From Planktothrix sp. GU0601_MAG3 (lineage in GTDB: Bacteria; Cyanobacteriota; Cyanobacteriia; Cyanobacteriales; Microcoleaceae), in assembly GCA_035193785.1 (NCBI GenBank), contig CP136572.1, positions 1,024,001 to 1,088,000 of the forward strand: a stretch of 64,000 nucleotides of DNA, read 5' to 3'. This document shows positions 1-8,931 of the stretch, in pieces. The stretch's first letter is position 1. Every line of letters begins with the position of its first letter. A model generated the notes under the pieces. That model did not search any database. It saw only the letters and a program-made list of their open reading frames with translations, and was not told the DNA's origin. A program made the position numbers and the translations under genes.

Positions 1-247
1 GATCTGGGCTATCAAATTTTGAGCCCTCTCCTGAAATATCCAAGGTAACGCACAGATAATCCGCTTCCTCTCGTAGTCGTTTCGTGGTGCGAACTGCTAA
101 ACTGGATTTACCCATTTTTCGAGAATTAAAAATATTACAAATATTTCCCGCAATTAATTGTTGATAGAGTTGCTCGTCTGCATCTCGAAAAACATAAGTT
201 TCAACATCTTCTCGGAGTGTTACATCAGCAATATATTGATAAGTCAT
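1..247 (-). CDS. AAA-like (AAA_35/STAND-type) P-loop ATPase domain protein, N-terminal part; runs off the window
   Basis: Manual minus-strand translation from ATG at 247: MTYQYIADVTLREDVETYVFRDADEQLYQQLIAGNICNIFNSRKMGKSSLAVR..., with the YVxRxAD and SRxMGKSSL Walker A signature of cyanobacterial AAA_35 proteins. Confidence 0.8.
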   Translation of the reverse strand, partial: MTYQYIADVTLREDVETYVFRDADEQLYQQLIAGNICNIFNSRKMGKSSLAVRTTKRLREEADYLCVTLDISGEGSKFDSPD

Positions 248-274
248 AAAATCCTCTCCTTAAATTTCTTAAAA

Positions 275-417
275 GTAGTGAGTCCTTCAGGACTCATTTA
301 GCCCTAAAGGGCTTACTACGTTTGTAGTGAGTCCTTCAGGACTCATTCAGCCCTAAAAGGCTTACTACGTTTGTAGTGAGTCCTTCAGGACTCATTCAGC
401 CCTAAAGGGCTTACTAC
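275..417. repeat. Three tandem 49-bp GTAG-REP-like palindromic units
   Basis: GTAGTGAGTCCTTCAGGACTCATTCAGCCCTAAAGGGCTTACTAC starts at 275, 324 and 373. Each unit has two internal hairpins and GTAG...CTAC ends. Confidence 0.9.
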
Positions 418-1688
418 AAATTTCTCGTGAAATATTGACGGTATAAATCACATCGAGGTTTGCATTCATTATTGTTAACTCTAACTAACCCTAATCTTTC
501 TAATTTAAAGGTTTCATTGGTTGAAAGTCTAACGGGTTGATTTTGAGAGATAACCTCTCGATAAGCTTGAGCTAATTCAGGACATTTTTGCAAAATTCCT
601 AAAATTTCTCGCAATTGGCTAATAAACGGACTTTGTTCGGTTGGGTAAATTTCCAATAACTGTTTCAGCGAAAATTCTTGAGTTTTGAGAAAAGCAAATG
701 CAGTTTGTATCAGATAAGGATAACCCCCAAACATCAACATTAATTCCTCAAAATCCGAATCATTTAAACTGGTTAATTGATAATATTGAGCTAAAGTTTG
801 CACTTGTTCTAAAGTAAAATCAGGTAAGGTTACTGCTAAACCTGCACCCGATAAAGGCGAAGAATGGATATCTAGGGAAGCATAAACTTCCGTAGAATGA
901 ACAATAATTAACCGCAGGTTTTCCCAAATAGGACTTGACCGTTGATTTAGTTTAGAATTATTATACCAAGAGCGTAACATTTGACAAAAATCCTGATTAT
1001 AGCTGGGTTGTTCAAAAACTAAGTCAACTTTTTCTAAAACTAAGACTAAGGGAATAGAACGATTAGCTAATAGATAGTTTTGTAAATAATTGGTTGTACT
1101 TTTATTCCTTCCGAACCGATCTTTCCATTGGTCTGTTAATTTATCTTCTAATTGTAATTCATCGCTTAAGCTGGTACAAAACCACTGTAACAAGGATTTG
1201 TGATCGTTTAATATTTCACTATCCGCTTCTTCAAAATTCAAAATCACAGATTCATAACCCTGTCGTTCTGAATAATCTAAAATCCGATTTAAAAGCAGAC
1301 TTTTTCCGGTTTTATTCGGTGATGTAATCCGAATTAATGCCCCTAAATTCAAAAGTTCCTGATAACATTTGGCTTCAACCGGAGGACGTTCAATATAAAA
1401 GTCCGTTTTGCTTTTTTTATCTATCCTTCTTTCAATCGCTTCTCTAAAATTAGTTTTACTAACTTTTTCTCCAAAATCCTTAGATAATTTGTTCCATAAA
1501 ATTCTTCCTCCTTCTCTTAAAGTATTTTCAGAATAGGAGTAAACTTCACCCATTTTTTCATAGGTGTATTTTTCCCAAGATCCCTGAAAAATTATTGCTT
1601 CGGTATCAGTCAGATATTTGCCGTTAGATTTAAAGGTAACGCCATTAACAATATCTAACGCTTCTTTTCCGGTTAAATCTGAATCCAT
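414..1688 (-). CDS. AAA-like (AAA_35) ATPase with cyanobacterial N-terminal HTH-like domain
   Basis: YIERPPVE...SPNKTGKSLLL Walker A and LVLVLEKVD Walker B. The N-terminal segment LTDTEAIIFQGSW...LWNKLSKDFGEKVSKTNFR is typical of cyanobacterial STAND-like proteins. Confidence 0.8.
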   Translation of the reverse strand: MDSDLTGKEALDIVNGVTFKSNGKYLTDTEAIIFQGSWEKYTYEKMGEVYSYSENTLREGGRILWNKLSKDFGEKVSKTNFREAIERRIDKKSKTDFYIERPPVEAKCYQELLNLGALIRITSPNKTGKSLLLNRILDYSERQGYESVILNFEEADSEILNDHKSLLQWFCTSLSDELQLEDKLTDQWKDRFGRNKSTTNYLQNYLLANRSIPLVLVLEKVDLVFEQPSYNQDFCQMLRSWYNNSKLNQRSSPIWENLRLIIVHSTEVYASLDIHSSPLSGAGLAVTLPDFTLEQVQTLAQYYQLTSLNDSDFEELMLMFGGYPYLIQTAFAFLKTQEFSLKQLLEIYPTEQSPFISQLREILGILQKCPELAQAYREVISQNQPVRLSTNETFKLERLGLVRVNNNECKPRCDLYRQYFTRNL

Positions 1689-1721
1689 AGTTATATCAAG
1701 GGTTAAATAGTTAGTTGAGGA

Positions 1722-1741
1722 AGGGCTAAAGCCCTCACTAC
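1722..1741. repeat. GTAG-REP-like 20-mer, inverted partner of 2450-2469
   Basis: AGGGCTAAAGCCCTCACTAC is the exact reverse complement of GTAGTGAGGGCTTTAGCCCT at 2450. Confidence 0.85.
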
Positions 1742-1954
1742 AAAATTTATTGTATCTCTAAATTGCCTATTCTGCTAGGGGTTTAGAAATGTTCTGATTT
1801 TAGATCTGATTTTTTTTGATTTTCTGCGATCGCCCTCTAATTATTATTGATTTTTTGCTTAATTTATTGGTTTTTAATTGACATTTTAATATTGATAATT
1901 CATGGAATTAAACGTTTAATAAAGCTATTGAAAAAGCAAAAAAGGAACAAAACC

Positions 1955-2434
1955 ATGCAATCAATTCAAAATATTCTCAATGAACTTGCCCAAAATGACC
2001 CAACAATTAAAATGGCAATGCAACAACAAAAAGCCTCTATGATCACCCAAGCTAATCAAGTTTTACCCGAACAAATTTTATCTAAAGTTGTTGATTATCC
2101 CGCCTTAATTCAATTTGCAGAAGTATTTATCGCTTGCTATTTTCCCGATCGCCACTTTGCTCAAGGTAAAGCTTTAGCCACGGATTTTACCCGAACTTTA
2201 GGCGGTGTCACAATGCACAATGGGTTTATGGGACTCTGGGAAAACTCCCATAAAGCATTAATTCCCGATGAACTTTTGTTAATTAAATCCTTTACCGATA
2301 CCCCTACGTTAGCGAAAAATTTAGATTATTTATTAGATCGAGTTTCTCACTGGGGACGAGTCTGCAATGAAGAAGTAATGGCGGTAGAAATTGGCAATTT
2401 CATGGGCAGTATTATGCTCTTTATCACCCCCTAA
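1955..2434 (+). CDS. Hypothetical protein, possibly DUF3574/PII-like fold in the C-terminal part
   Basis: ATG at 1955 follows AAGGAA. The LGGVT...GLW...DEL...EEVMAVE pattern resembles DUF3574-like proteins (pattern recognition only). Confidence 0.6.
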   Translation: MQSIQNILNELAQNDPTIKMAMQQQKASMITQANQVLPEQILSKVVDYPALIQFAEVFIACYFPDRHFAQGKALATDFTRTLGGVTMHNGFMGLWENSHKALIPDELLLIKSFTDTPTLAKNLDYLLDRVSHWGRVCNEEVMAVEIGNFMGSIMLFITP

Positions 2435-2449
2435 TTCGTACCCTAATTC

Positions 2450-2469
2450 GTAGTGAGGGCTTTAGCCCT
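2450..2469. repeat. GTAG-REP-like 20-mer
   Basis: GTAGTGAGGGCTTTAGCCCT, a hairpin with a GTAG foot. Confidence 0.85.
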
Positions 2470-2521
2470 CCCCTCCTAACCCTAACAATTAGTCCAGATT
2501 ATTACCCCAAATCCTAATATT

Positions 2522-2689
2522 ATGACCTGTAACAAAACCTTCTGCAACTGGGTGAGAAATTCCCAAGACCCCGATCATTATGTGTGTTTAAAATGCGATC
2601 GCGAAAAACGTCTTAATCAACCCGATTCTATTTGGACATTTATTATTTTATTTGCGATCGCCTTTATTTTGGTAGTAGCGATCGCCTAG
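2522..2689 (+). CDS. Small 55-aa protein with four cysteines and a C-terminal transmembrane helix
   Basis: Manual translation MTCNKTFCNWVRNSQDPDHYVCLKCDREKRLNQPDSIWTFIILFAIAFILVVAIA*; below the ORF-track cutoff. Confidence 0.6.
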   Translation: MTCNKTFCNWVRNSQDPDHYVCLKCDREKRLNQPDSIWTFIILFAIAFILVVAIA

Positions 2690-2723
2690 AATAAAACTAA
2701 TATTAACTATCAACCAGATAAAA

Positions 2724-2768
2724 GTAGTGAGGCGTTCACGCCTCATTCAGCCCTAAAGGGCTTACTAC
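2724..2768. repeat. Single copy of the 49-bp REP-like unit
   Basis: GTAGTGAGGCGTTCACGCCTCATTCAGCCCTAAAGGGCTTACTAC; the first hairpin carries compensatory changes relative to the 275-417 units. Confidence 0.85.
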
Positions 2769-2771
2769 ATT

Positions 2772-3578
2772 CTAACTTCCTAACTCTTTTGAACGTTGAG
2801 TTGCGGCTTTTACGGCTTCAATTAATGCCGAACGAAATCCGGCTTTTTCCAGTTGGGAAACCCCAGCAATTGTTGTTCCCCCCGGACTGGTAACACGGTC
2901 TTTTAATTCGGCCGGATGTAACTTTGATTCCGATAGGAGTTGGGCGGTTCCTAATACCGTTGATAATGCTAATTGGGAAGCAATAGATCGAGGGAGTCCA
3001 GAGGCGACGCCACCATCGGCTAAGGCTTCAATTAAAATCGCCACATAAGCCGGGCCAGAACCCGATAATCCGGTGACGGCATCCATTAAGGTCTCCGCCA
3101 CCTCTACCACGTCTCCAACGGCCTGAAAAATGCCTTTGGTGAGGTCTAAATGGGAGGGTTGTACCAATTTTCCAGAGGCGATCGCACTGATCCCCGCCCC
3201 CACCGTCGCCGGAGTATTGGGCATAATTCTAATTACAGGATGCTGGGGAAAAGCTGTTTCTAATTTATTTAAAGAAACTCCCGCCAAAATAGACAAAATC
3301 ACCGTATTTGTTGATAGGGTTACACCCTCAGCTAATTCCGTTGCGATCGCGCCAAAAATTTGGGGTTTAATTGCTAATAAAAGGGCTTCCGTTGCCTGGG
3401 TTGTTTCTTTATTATTCTCCGCGATCGCCACGCCATAATGTTGAGATAAATAATTACGACGCTCTAATTGCGGGTCACTAATAATAATTTCAGCAGGTTG
3501 ATAAATATTGGCAGAAATTAAGCGGGATATAATAGCTTCCGCCATCACCCCGCCACCAATTACACCTAATTTAAACAT
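2772..3578 (-). CDS. proC: Pyrroline-5-carboxylate reductase
   Basis: GVIGGGVMAEA, RIMPNTP, GLSGSGPAY and VTSPGGTT motifs. Confidence 0.97.
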   Translation of the reverse strand: MFKLGVIGGGVMAEAIISRLISANIYQPAEIIISDPQLERRNYLSQHYGVAIAENNKETTQATEALLLAIKPQIFGAIATELAEGVTLSTNTVILSILAGVSLNKLETAFPQHPVIRIMPNTPATVGAGISAIASGKLVQPSHLDLTKGIFQAVGDVVEVAETLMDAVTGLSGSGPAYVAILIEALADGGVASGLPRSIASQLALSTVLGTAQLLSESKLHPAELKDRVTSPGGTTIAGVSQLEKAGFRSALIEAVKAATQRSKELGS

Positions 3579-3654
3579 AAAATAAACTCGTAAAATAAAG
3601 CCGTTAGCTGTTAACCCTTTACAGTTGAGAAGGGATCACCGAAAAAGAAGGTTT

Positions 3655-3914
3655 TGGGGGTTAGGGTCTAGGTTCTAGGTTTTAGGTTTTAAGTTCTAGG
3701 TTTTGGGTTACAGGTTACAGGTTCTAGGCTTTAGGTTCTAGGGTTCTAGGTTCTGGGGTTCTAAGAATTGTTAATTTCTTCCCTCCCCCTGCTCCCCCTG
3801 CCTCCCCTGCCTCCCCTGCCTCCCCTGCCTCCCCTGCCTCCCCCTGCTCCCCCTGCCTCCCCTGCCTCCCCTGCCTCCCCTGCCTCCCCTGCCTCCCCTA
3901 CTCCCCCACTCCCT
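3655..3914. repeat. Compound STRR array (GGTTCTA-type heptamers, then CTCCCCTGC-type 9/10-mers)
   Basis: Directly visible tandem units between proC and sepF. Confidence 0.9.
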
Positions 3915-3923
3915 TCTACTAAT

Positions 3924-4533
3924 TTACTGAATAGCCTGCGCTCTTTCTGGCTGCCATGGGGGGGCTGCCGGGCTGCTGGTGCGGGGGTTGCGGGCTTGGG
4001 GGATGCCTTCATGGACAACGCCGCCGCCTTGAGTTCTGACCTGAACGCAACTGGGCGTAAACAGGAAAATGCTTTCCCCAATTCGTTCTTGATGGCCGTC
4101 GAGGGCGAAGGTTCCACCAGCGACAAAATCAACGGCTCTTTGGGCCTGATCAGGATCCATTAAAGTTAAATTTAGAACTACAGATTTGCGTTCTTTCAGG
4201 GCGCGAATGGCCGTAGGCATTTCTTCAAAGGTGCGGGGTTTCCATCACCACGACTTCAGAAATTCCATTCAGAGCGCCGGGCATTCCAATAACATTACTC
4301 ATTGTTGATCCGATTCCAACTTCAGACATTACACCAGTATTCATAGATCCAGTAGACCGTTGTGACCGACGAGACGCCCGGGGGTCTTCTGCCGCCACGG
4401 TCGGGGCGGGCTGTTCTTGCGGGGGGGGATAGTTACCCGGGTAGCGATTCCCCTCCGTTTCGTCATATTCGTAATCGTATTCTACAGAGTCATTGAACCC
4501 TACAAAATCTTTTAGTCTATTAAAAATGTTCAC
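3924..4533 (-). CDS. sepF: Cell division protein SepF (split by apparent sequencing frameshift near 4240)
   Basis: EVVVMEP / [24 protein letters not shown]...IFLFTP; context pipY-sepF-proC; extra base in GAAAC. Confidence 0.93.
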
Positions 4534-4655
4534 AGTCTAGTCTCCATCACTCACGACTTTAGAATTTCAACTCAACTTCCAGTTTAGATGGGTTGAGGGT
4601 CTGGTTTATATTGAATTTGTGTAAGACTCGCCTATTTTACTGTTAATTGTTGTAT

Positions 4656-5327
4656 TTAACTCCTCCTTTGGCCAAAAATTATCCGTCCTAGTCGAATCAT
4701 GGTAGCACCTTTTTGAACCGCTAGAGGATAATCTTCCGACATTCCCATTGATAATTCCTGCATCCTAATATTAGTCCAATTCTGTTGTCTAATTGTTTCT
4801 GCTAATTCCCGGGTGCGTTCAAAAATATCCAGGGTTTCGGACTCGGTTAACCCCAGGGGGGGAATCGTCATTAAACCTTGAATTTTGAGGTGCTGACAGT
4901 CATTTAACTGGGGCAATTCTGTCAAGAGTTCGGGGATAGTCCAGCCAAACTTATTAGGATCGGGGATAATTTTAACTTGAAGACAAACTTGGGGTTGACA
5001 GCCTAATTCCCCGGCTAGATGATCTAAACGTAGGGCTAACTTTAAACTATCTACGGATTGAATCCATTGAAACAGTTGTAATGCTTTTGTGGCTTTATTG
5101 GTTTGCAAATTACCGATTAAATGCCAAGTAATATCACTGAGATCTTGGAGTTGAGGATATTTTTCCGCCGCTTCTTGGACGCGATTTTCTGCAAAATCTC
5201 GAATTCCAGCTTGATAAGCGACCCGCATGGCTTCAACGGAAACTGTCTTTGTGACCGCAATTAATCGCACCGACTCGGGAATGGAGTCTCGAATTTTAGC
5301 AATTTGTTCGGTAATCAAATCAGTCAT
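4656..5327 (-). CDS. pipY: PLP homeostasis protein YggS/PipY
   Basis: LIAVTK, ENRVQE, WHLIGNLQTNK and LSMGMSEDY motifs; downstream of pipX. Confidence 0.95.
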   Translation of the reverse strand: MTDLITEQIAKIRDSIPESVRLIAVTKTVSVEAMRVAYQAGIRDFAENRVQEAAEKYPQLQDLSDITWHLIGNLQTNKATKALQLFQWIQSVDSLKLALRLDHLAGELGCQPQVCLQVKIIPDPNKFGWTIPELLTELPQLNDCQHLKIQGLMTIPPLGLTESETLDIFERTRELAETIRQQNWTNIRMQELSMGMSEDYPLAVQKGATMIRLGRIIFGQRRS

Positions 5328-5362
5328 ATTGAGTAAATGGGTCGTTGGCAGTTTTAGCTAAA

Positions 5363-5633
5363 CTATTGAAAAGTGTTACGATGGACTTCTTGGAGTTTTT
5401 TGTATTCCTCTGCCTGTCCAGTGCGGCGGAGCATTCTCAGGCGAATTTCCAGTAAAAGTTTGGCATCGGAACGACTAATGGGTTCAAATTTAAGTCCCGG
5501 TGGCCCCTGAGTCACTAAAAAAAATAGGCGCTGGGCGTAAAGGGTTGTAAATAGTTCTTGATGATCCTCAACCGGGCATATTTTGAACAATAGCCCGAAG
5601 TTGGGATGGTTTCATGTAGGTTTCTGTGGTCAT
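5363..5633 (-). CDS. pipX: PII-interacting protein PipX (apparent frameshift near 5611)
   Basis: Corrected translation MTTETYMNHPNFGLLFKICPVEDHQELFTTLYAQRLFFLV...; ATG at 5633. Confidence 0.93.
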
Positions 5634-5720
5634 AAAAATAGTTCGGTACGTGGGAAACTCAAAGGATTTAGCCCTGAGAGGGAAACGACACGGGCGGTTT
5701 TAACCTCCGTGAATCTTTCT

Positions 5721-5821
5721 TCAATTAGCCGCATGGTGCAGATCTTCAATGTATTTTTTAACCACATCACTACTAATATTACCTGCGGTACTCACAAAAT
5801 AGCTGCTTGTCCACAGACTAG
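5721..5821 (-). pseudogene. tnpA: C-terminal remnant of IS200-type Y1 transposase TnpA
   Basis: Minus-strand translation SLWTSSYFVSTAGNISSDVVKKYIEDLHHAAN* matches the LWxxSYFxxTxG...YIE C-terminal motif; the HUH half is absent. Confidence 0.8.
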
Positions 5822-5880
5822 ATTGACATATCGACTATACTGCTTCATGCTGTTTAATAGCAATGTCTCTGAAATAAAAC

Positions 5881-7170
5881 ATGGCTAAAGCTAGAAGTAA
5901 AACCCAAAAAAAGCCGAAAGTGCTGTTAGGGGTTCAGCAAAACTTAATCACTACAAACACTGAATTAAAATCAGTTATTGAATACATTTGTTCTGAGTCA
6001 AACAAACTCCATAATTGTGCTACTTATTATGCTCGTCAAGTGTATTTTAAAGCGCACAAATATGTGACCAGCTTTGACATCGTAAAAAACCTCACTAAAA
6101 ATGTACATTTCTCAGCTATTCCATCCGATGCTGCCGCACAAACCTGTATCTTAGTGGGAGAGTCAATTAGTTCATTTGCCAAGTTAAAAGAACTATGGCT
6201 AAATGGTCAACTTGAGAATAAACCTAAACTGCCCAATTATCGCAAGCCTGGGTATCAATTAATAGCCTTCCCCAAACGGGCATTAAGATTGATTGATGGG
6301 CAAATTAGATTCCCTTTAGGTTTGCGCGTAAATGCTTGGTTTGGGCTAAAAGAGTTTTTTCTACCAATGCCATCCAACCTTGAATTTGAAACTCTTAGAG
6401 AGGTGCGGATACTACCCAGAAACGGTTGTTTTTATGCTGAATTTGTCTATCCAGTTGTAGTTGAAAAACCTGCTTTAGATCCAGCTAAATGCTTGGGTTT
6501 AGATCACGGTTTAAATAATTGGTTGACAGGAGTTAGCAATGTGGGAACGAGCTTTATTATTGATGGTAAACACTTAAAATCTGTTAACCAGTGGTACAAC
6601 AAGCAAGTTGCTAAGTTTACGACTAATCAACCTAATGGATTCTGGTCTAAACGTTTAGCCGCAATGACTGAGAAGCGTAATAGGCAAATGCGAGATGGCA
6701 TCAATAAAGCGGCTCGTGTAGTGATTCAACACTGTTTAGATAAAGGTATCGGTACTTTAGTTTTTGGTTGGAACAAAGGGCAAAAGTCTGGTATAGATTT
6801 AGGTAAGAAAACTAATCAAAACTTTGTACAAATACCTACCGCTAGACTTAAAGCAAGAATACAACAACTCTGTGATCTTTATGGTATTCAGTTTGAGGAA
6901 ACTGAAGAAAGTTACACAAGTAAAGCTAGTTTTTTAGATGTTGATACCATTCCTACTTACGGTGAAAAACCCGAAGGATGGAAAGCGTCTGGGAAACGAG
7001 TTAGCCGCGGATTGTATCGTACTTCTGAGGGTGTTGAAATTAATGCTGACTGCAACGGTTCGGCAAACATTTTAAGAAAAGTATCGGTGAAACTTGGGCT
7101 TGTCCTGGGTGGAATCAGTAGCGGCGACTTGAAAGCGCCTTTGAAGTTCAGAATTTGGACTCTTCAATAA
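5881..7170 (+). CDS. tnpB: RNA-guided endonuclease TnpB family protein
   Basis: RuvC-I GLDHGLNN, EESYTSK and RuvC-III NADCNGSANIL; located inside IS605-like ends. Confidence 0.93.
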   Translation: MAKARSKTQKKPKVLLGVQQNLITTNTELKSVIEYICSESNKLHNCATYYARQVYFKAHKYVTSFDIVKNLTKNVHFSAIPSDAAAQTCILVGESISSFAKLKELWLNGQLENKPKLPNYRKPGYQLIAFPKRALRLIDGQIRFPLGLRVNAWFGLKEFFLPMPSNLEFETLREVRILPRNGCFYAEFVYPVVVEKPALDPAKCLGLDHGLNNWLTGVSNVGTSFIIDGKHLKSVNQWYNKQVAKFTTNQPNGFWSKRLAAMTEKRNRQMRDGINKAARVVIQHCLDKGIGTLVFGWNKGQKSGIDLGKKTNQNFVQIPTARLKARIQQLCDLYGIQFEETEESYTSKASFLDVDTIPTYGEKPEGWKASGKRVSRGLYRTSEGVEINADCNGSANILRKVSVKLGLVLGGISSGDLKAPLKFRIWTLQ

Positions 7171-7277
7171 TCTCAGCGGCTTTAGCTCTGAGAGTTTCAA
7201 TCAGTTTCAAAACGAACGAATTAAGGGCTTGATTTGGGAGACAGAACTATTTTAGGTGATCGGGTCAACTCAGAATC

Positions 7278-8184
7278 TCAAATTTCCCTTCCCCAAACTA
7301 ACCGGACACCCCAGAATACCATCAGACAAATCAGAGCTACTCCATCCCAAGGTTTAAAGCGAAGTTGATGCCATTCTACCCGATGTTGATCGGGACTGGT
7401 GAACCCTCGAACCTGCATGGCGCTGGCAATTTGTTCGGCGCGTAATAATAAATTTTGTAAAAGCCTTTCTGCCAGGGTTAGCCAGACCTGGGTGGTTCGT
7501 CGTATTCCTAGTTTTTTCCAATTAATGGCCCGGGTTCTGACAGAAACGGATTAAATTTTGAATTTCTTCTAAAACTAAGGGAAAAAATCGCAGGGATAGG
7601 GTCAGGGTTAAAGCAATTTCTGTAACGGGTAATTTTAACTTTCGTAGGGGTTCCATGAGGCTTTCTAAAGCCATGGCAATTTCTTCGGAAGCCGTGGTTA
7701 ATAAATACAAATTTGTACTATAAACCAAGGTAAATAATAGGGTACTTGTCCTAATTGCTAAATCAACGGAATAGCGGGTAATTTCTATGGGCCCTTGGGA
7801 AAATAATACATACCTATAGGATGTGGGTTGAGGTAATATTTCTGTTGATCCTGATGCAGAAAAGGTTAATTCCTGTTCAGGAAGTCGAGGTTGATGGTTG
7901 ACGGCCAAACCATCGGGCATAATGCAACTTAATAGAAATAATAACCCACAAAACATCAGTAACCACCCCATTTGTCGCTTCCAAACCCGGAAAGGAATAC
8001 GCGCCAATAGGGTGATTAAAACTAACAATCCAACTAAGACCAATCGCCACCCCGGGTTAGCTAATAAAGGAGCCACTAAAAAGCTCATTAACCAAATTAA
8101 CTTAACCCGGGCATCGAGACGATGTAACCCGGTAATCGGTTGTTCTAAATATAATCCAATGGGAAGCGATCGGAGTAAGTCCAT
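7278..8184 (-). CDS. ECF transporter transmembrane component (EcfT/CbiQ), apparent frameshift near 7545
   Basis: LHRLDARVKL and LSLRFFPLVLEE; the continuation RAEQIASAMQVRGF reaches a stop at 7278. Confidence 0.9.
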
Positions 8185-8187
8185 AGA

Positions 8188-8320
8188 TGAGGGGCAGGGG
8201 GAGCAGGGGGGCAGGGGGAGCAGGGGAGGCAGAGGGGGGCAGGGGAGGCAGGGGAGGCAGGGGGAGCAGGGGAGGCAGGGGAGGCAGAGGGAGCAGGGGG
8301 AGTGGAGGGAGTGGAGGGAG
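8188..8320. repeat. G-rich STRR array (GCAGGGGAG-type)
   Basis: Directly visible; lies between the four-helix-bundle stop and the ecfT start. Confidence 0.9.
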
Positions 8321-8322
8321 AT

Positions 8323-8709
8323 TTAGTGTTTTATTAGCCAGGGTGTGGGATTGTTGATCATGGTGACAAGACCCGCTAAAACTTGGTTGTAGGTTCCATA
8401 AAGTTCTCTGCCTGTTTCTGCGTTCATGTAATGGCATCTGACTGCAAATTGAATCCAAGTTTGGGTTTCTGATGCTTCAGATTCGCAATCATTAAGTTTA
8501 GCAATAAAAGCAGCTTCATACCGACGTTTTCGCCAGGCTTCGGCAAAATTTGCACAAACAGAACGTGACGAACGACGAATCTGATCGGTGAGTGAATATC
8601 GTTCTTCCACTGGAAATTTTTTAGACAGTTCAAAAATTTGCATAGCAACTTCAAACGCCTTCTTATATATCTCCAAATCCCTATGATCTTTAAACGGTTC
8701 TCTGTCCAT
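8323..8709 (-). CDS. Four-helix-bundle protein (23S rRNA IVS-protein family)
   Basis: HRDLEIYKKA, FPVEERYSLTDQIRRSSRSVCANFAEAW and EASETQTW family motifs. Confidence 0.93.
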   Translation of the reverse strand: MDREPFKDHRDLEIYKKAFEVAMQIFELSKKFPVEERYSLTDQIRRSSRSVCANFAEAWRKRRYEAAFIAKLNDCESEASETQTWIQFAVRCHYMNAETGRELYGTYNQVLAGLVTMINNPTPWLIKH

Positions 8710-8863
8710 CTACCTCAAGACTTAAAAGTTCGTCCAAATAACACAAGTCTAAATTATTTGTATCATAGTCGTGCTTACGGGGTAAGAGTTTGACCTGGGT
8801 TTGATTTGTACAACTCAAATAGACTTGCTATAGTCATTGAATACTCAAGCCGGTCAACAGAGG

Positions 8864-8930
8864 CTCCCCTACCTCCCCTACCTCCCCTGCTCCCCCTGCT
8901 CCCTCCACTCCCCCTGCTCCCCTTGCTCCT
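8864..8930. repeat. C-rich STRR array (CTCCCCTGC-type), inverted relative to 8188-8320
   Basis: CTCCCCTACCTCCCCTACCTCCCCTGCTCCCCCTGCTCCCTCCACTCCCC..., immediately after the der stop. Confidence 0.9.
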
Positions 8931-8931
8931 A

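Larger units (their letters stand above)
5650..7200 (+). mobile_element. IS200/IS605-family element (tnpA remnant plus tnpB); left end approximate
   Basis: Similar subterminal hairpins CTCAAAGGATTTAGCCCTGAG (5658) and CTCAGCGGCTTTAGCTCTGAG (7172); right end terminates in TCAA at 7200; contains tnpB. Confidence 0.85.

Noticed and set aside
3761..4163. Pro/Gly-rich ORFs (also 7898-8458, 8806-9046, 15796-16041, 22112-22321, 52715-52981, 62351-62701)
   Set aside because: They are translations of STRR repeats overlapping real genes
5363..5650. pipX truncated by the IS605 element
   Set aside because: The full pipX N-terminus (ATG at 5633) is present; the break is the GAAAC artefact and the IS lies upstream
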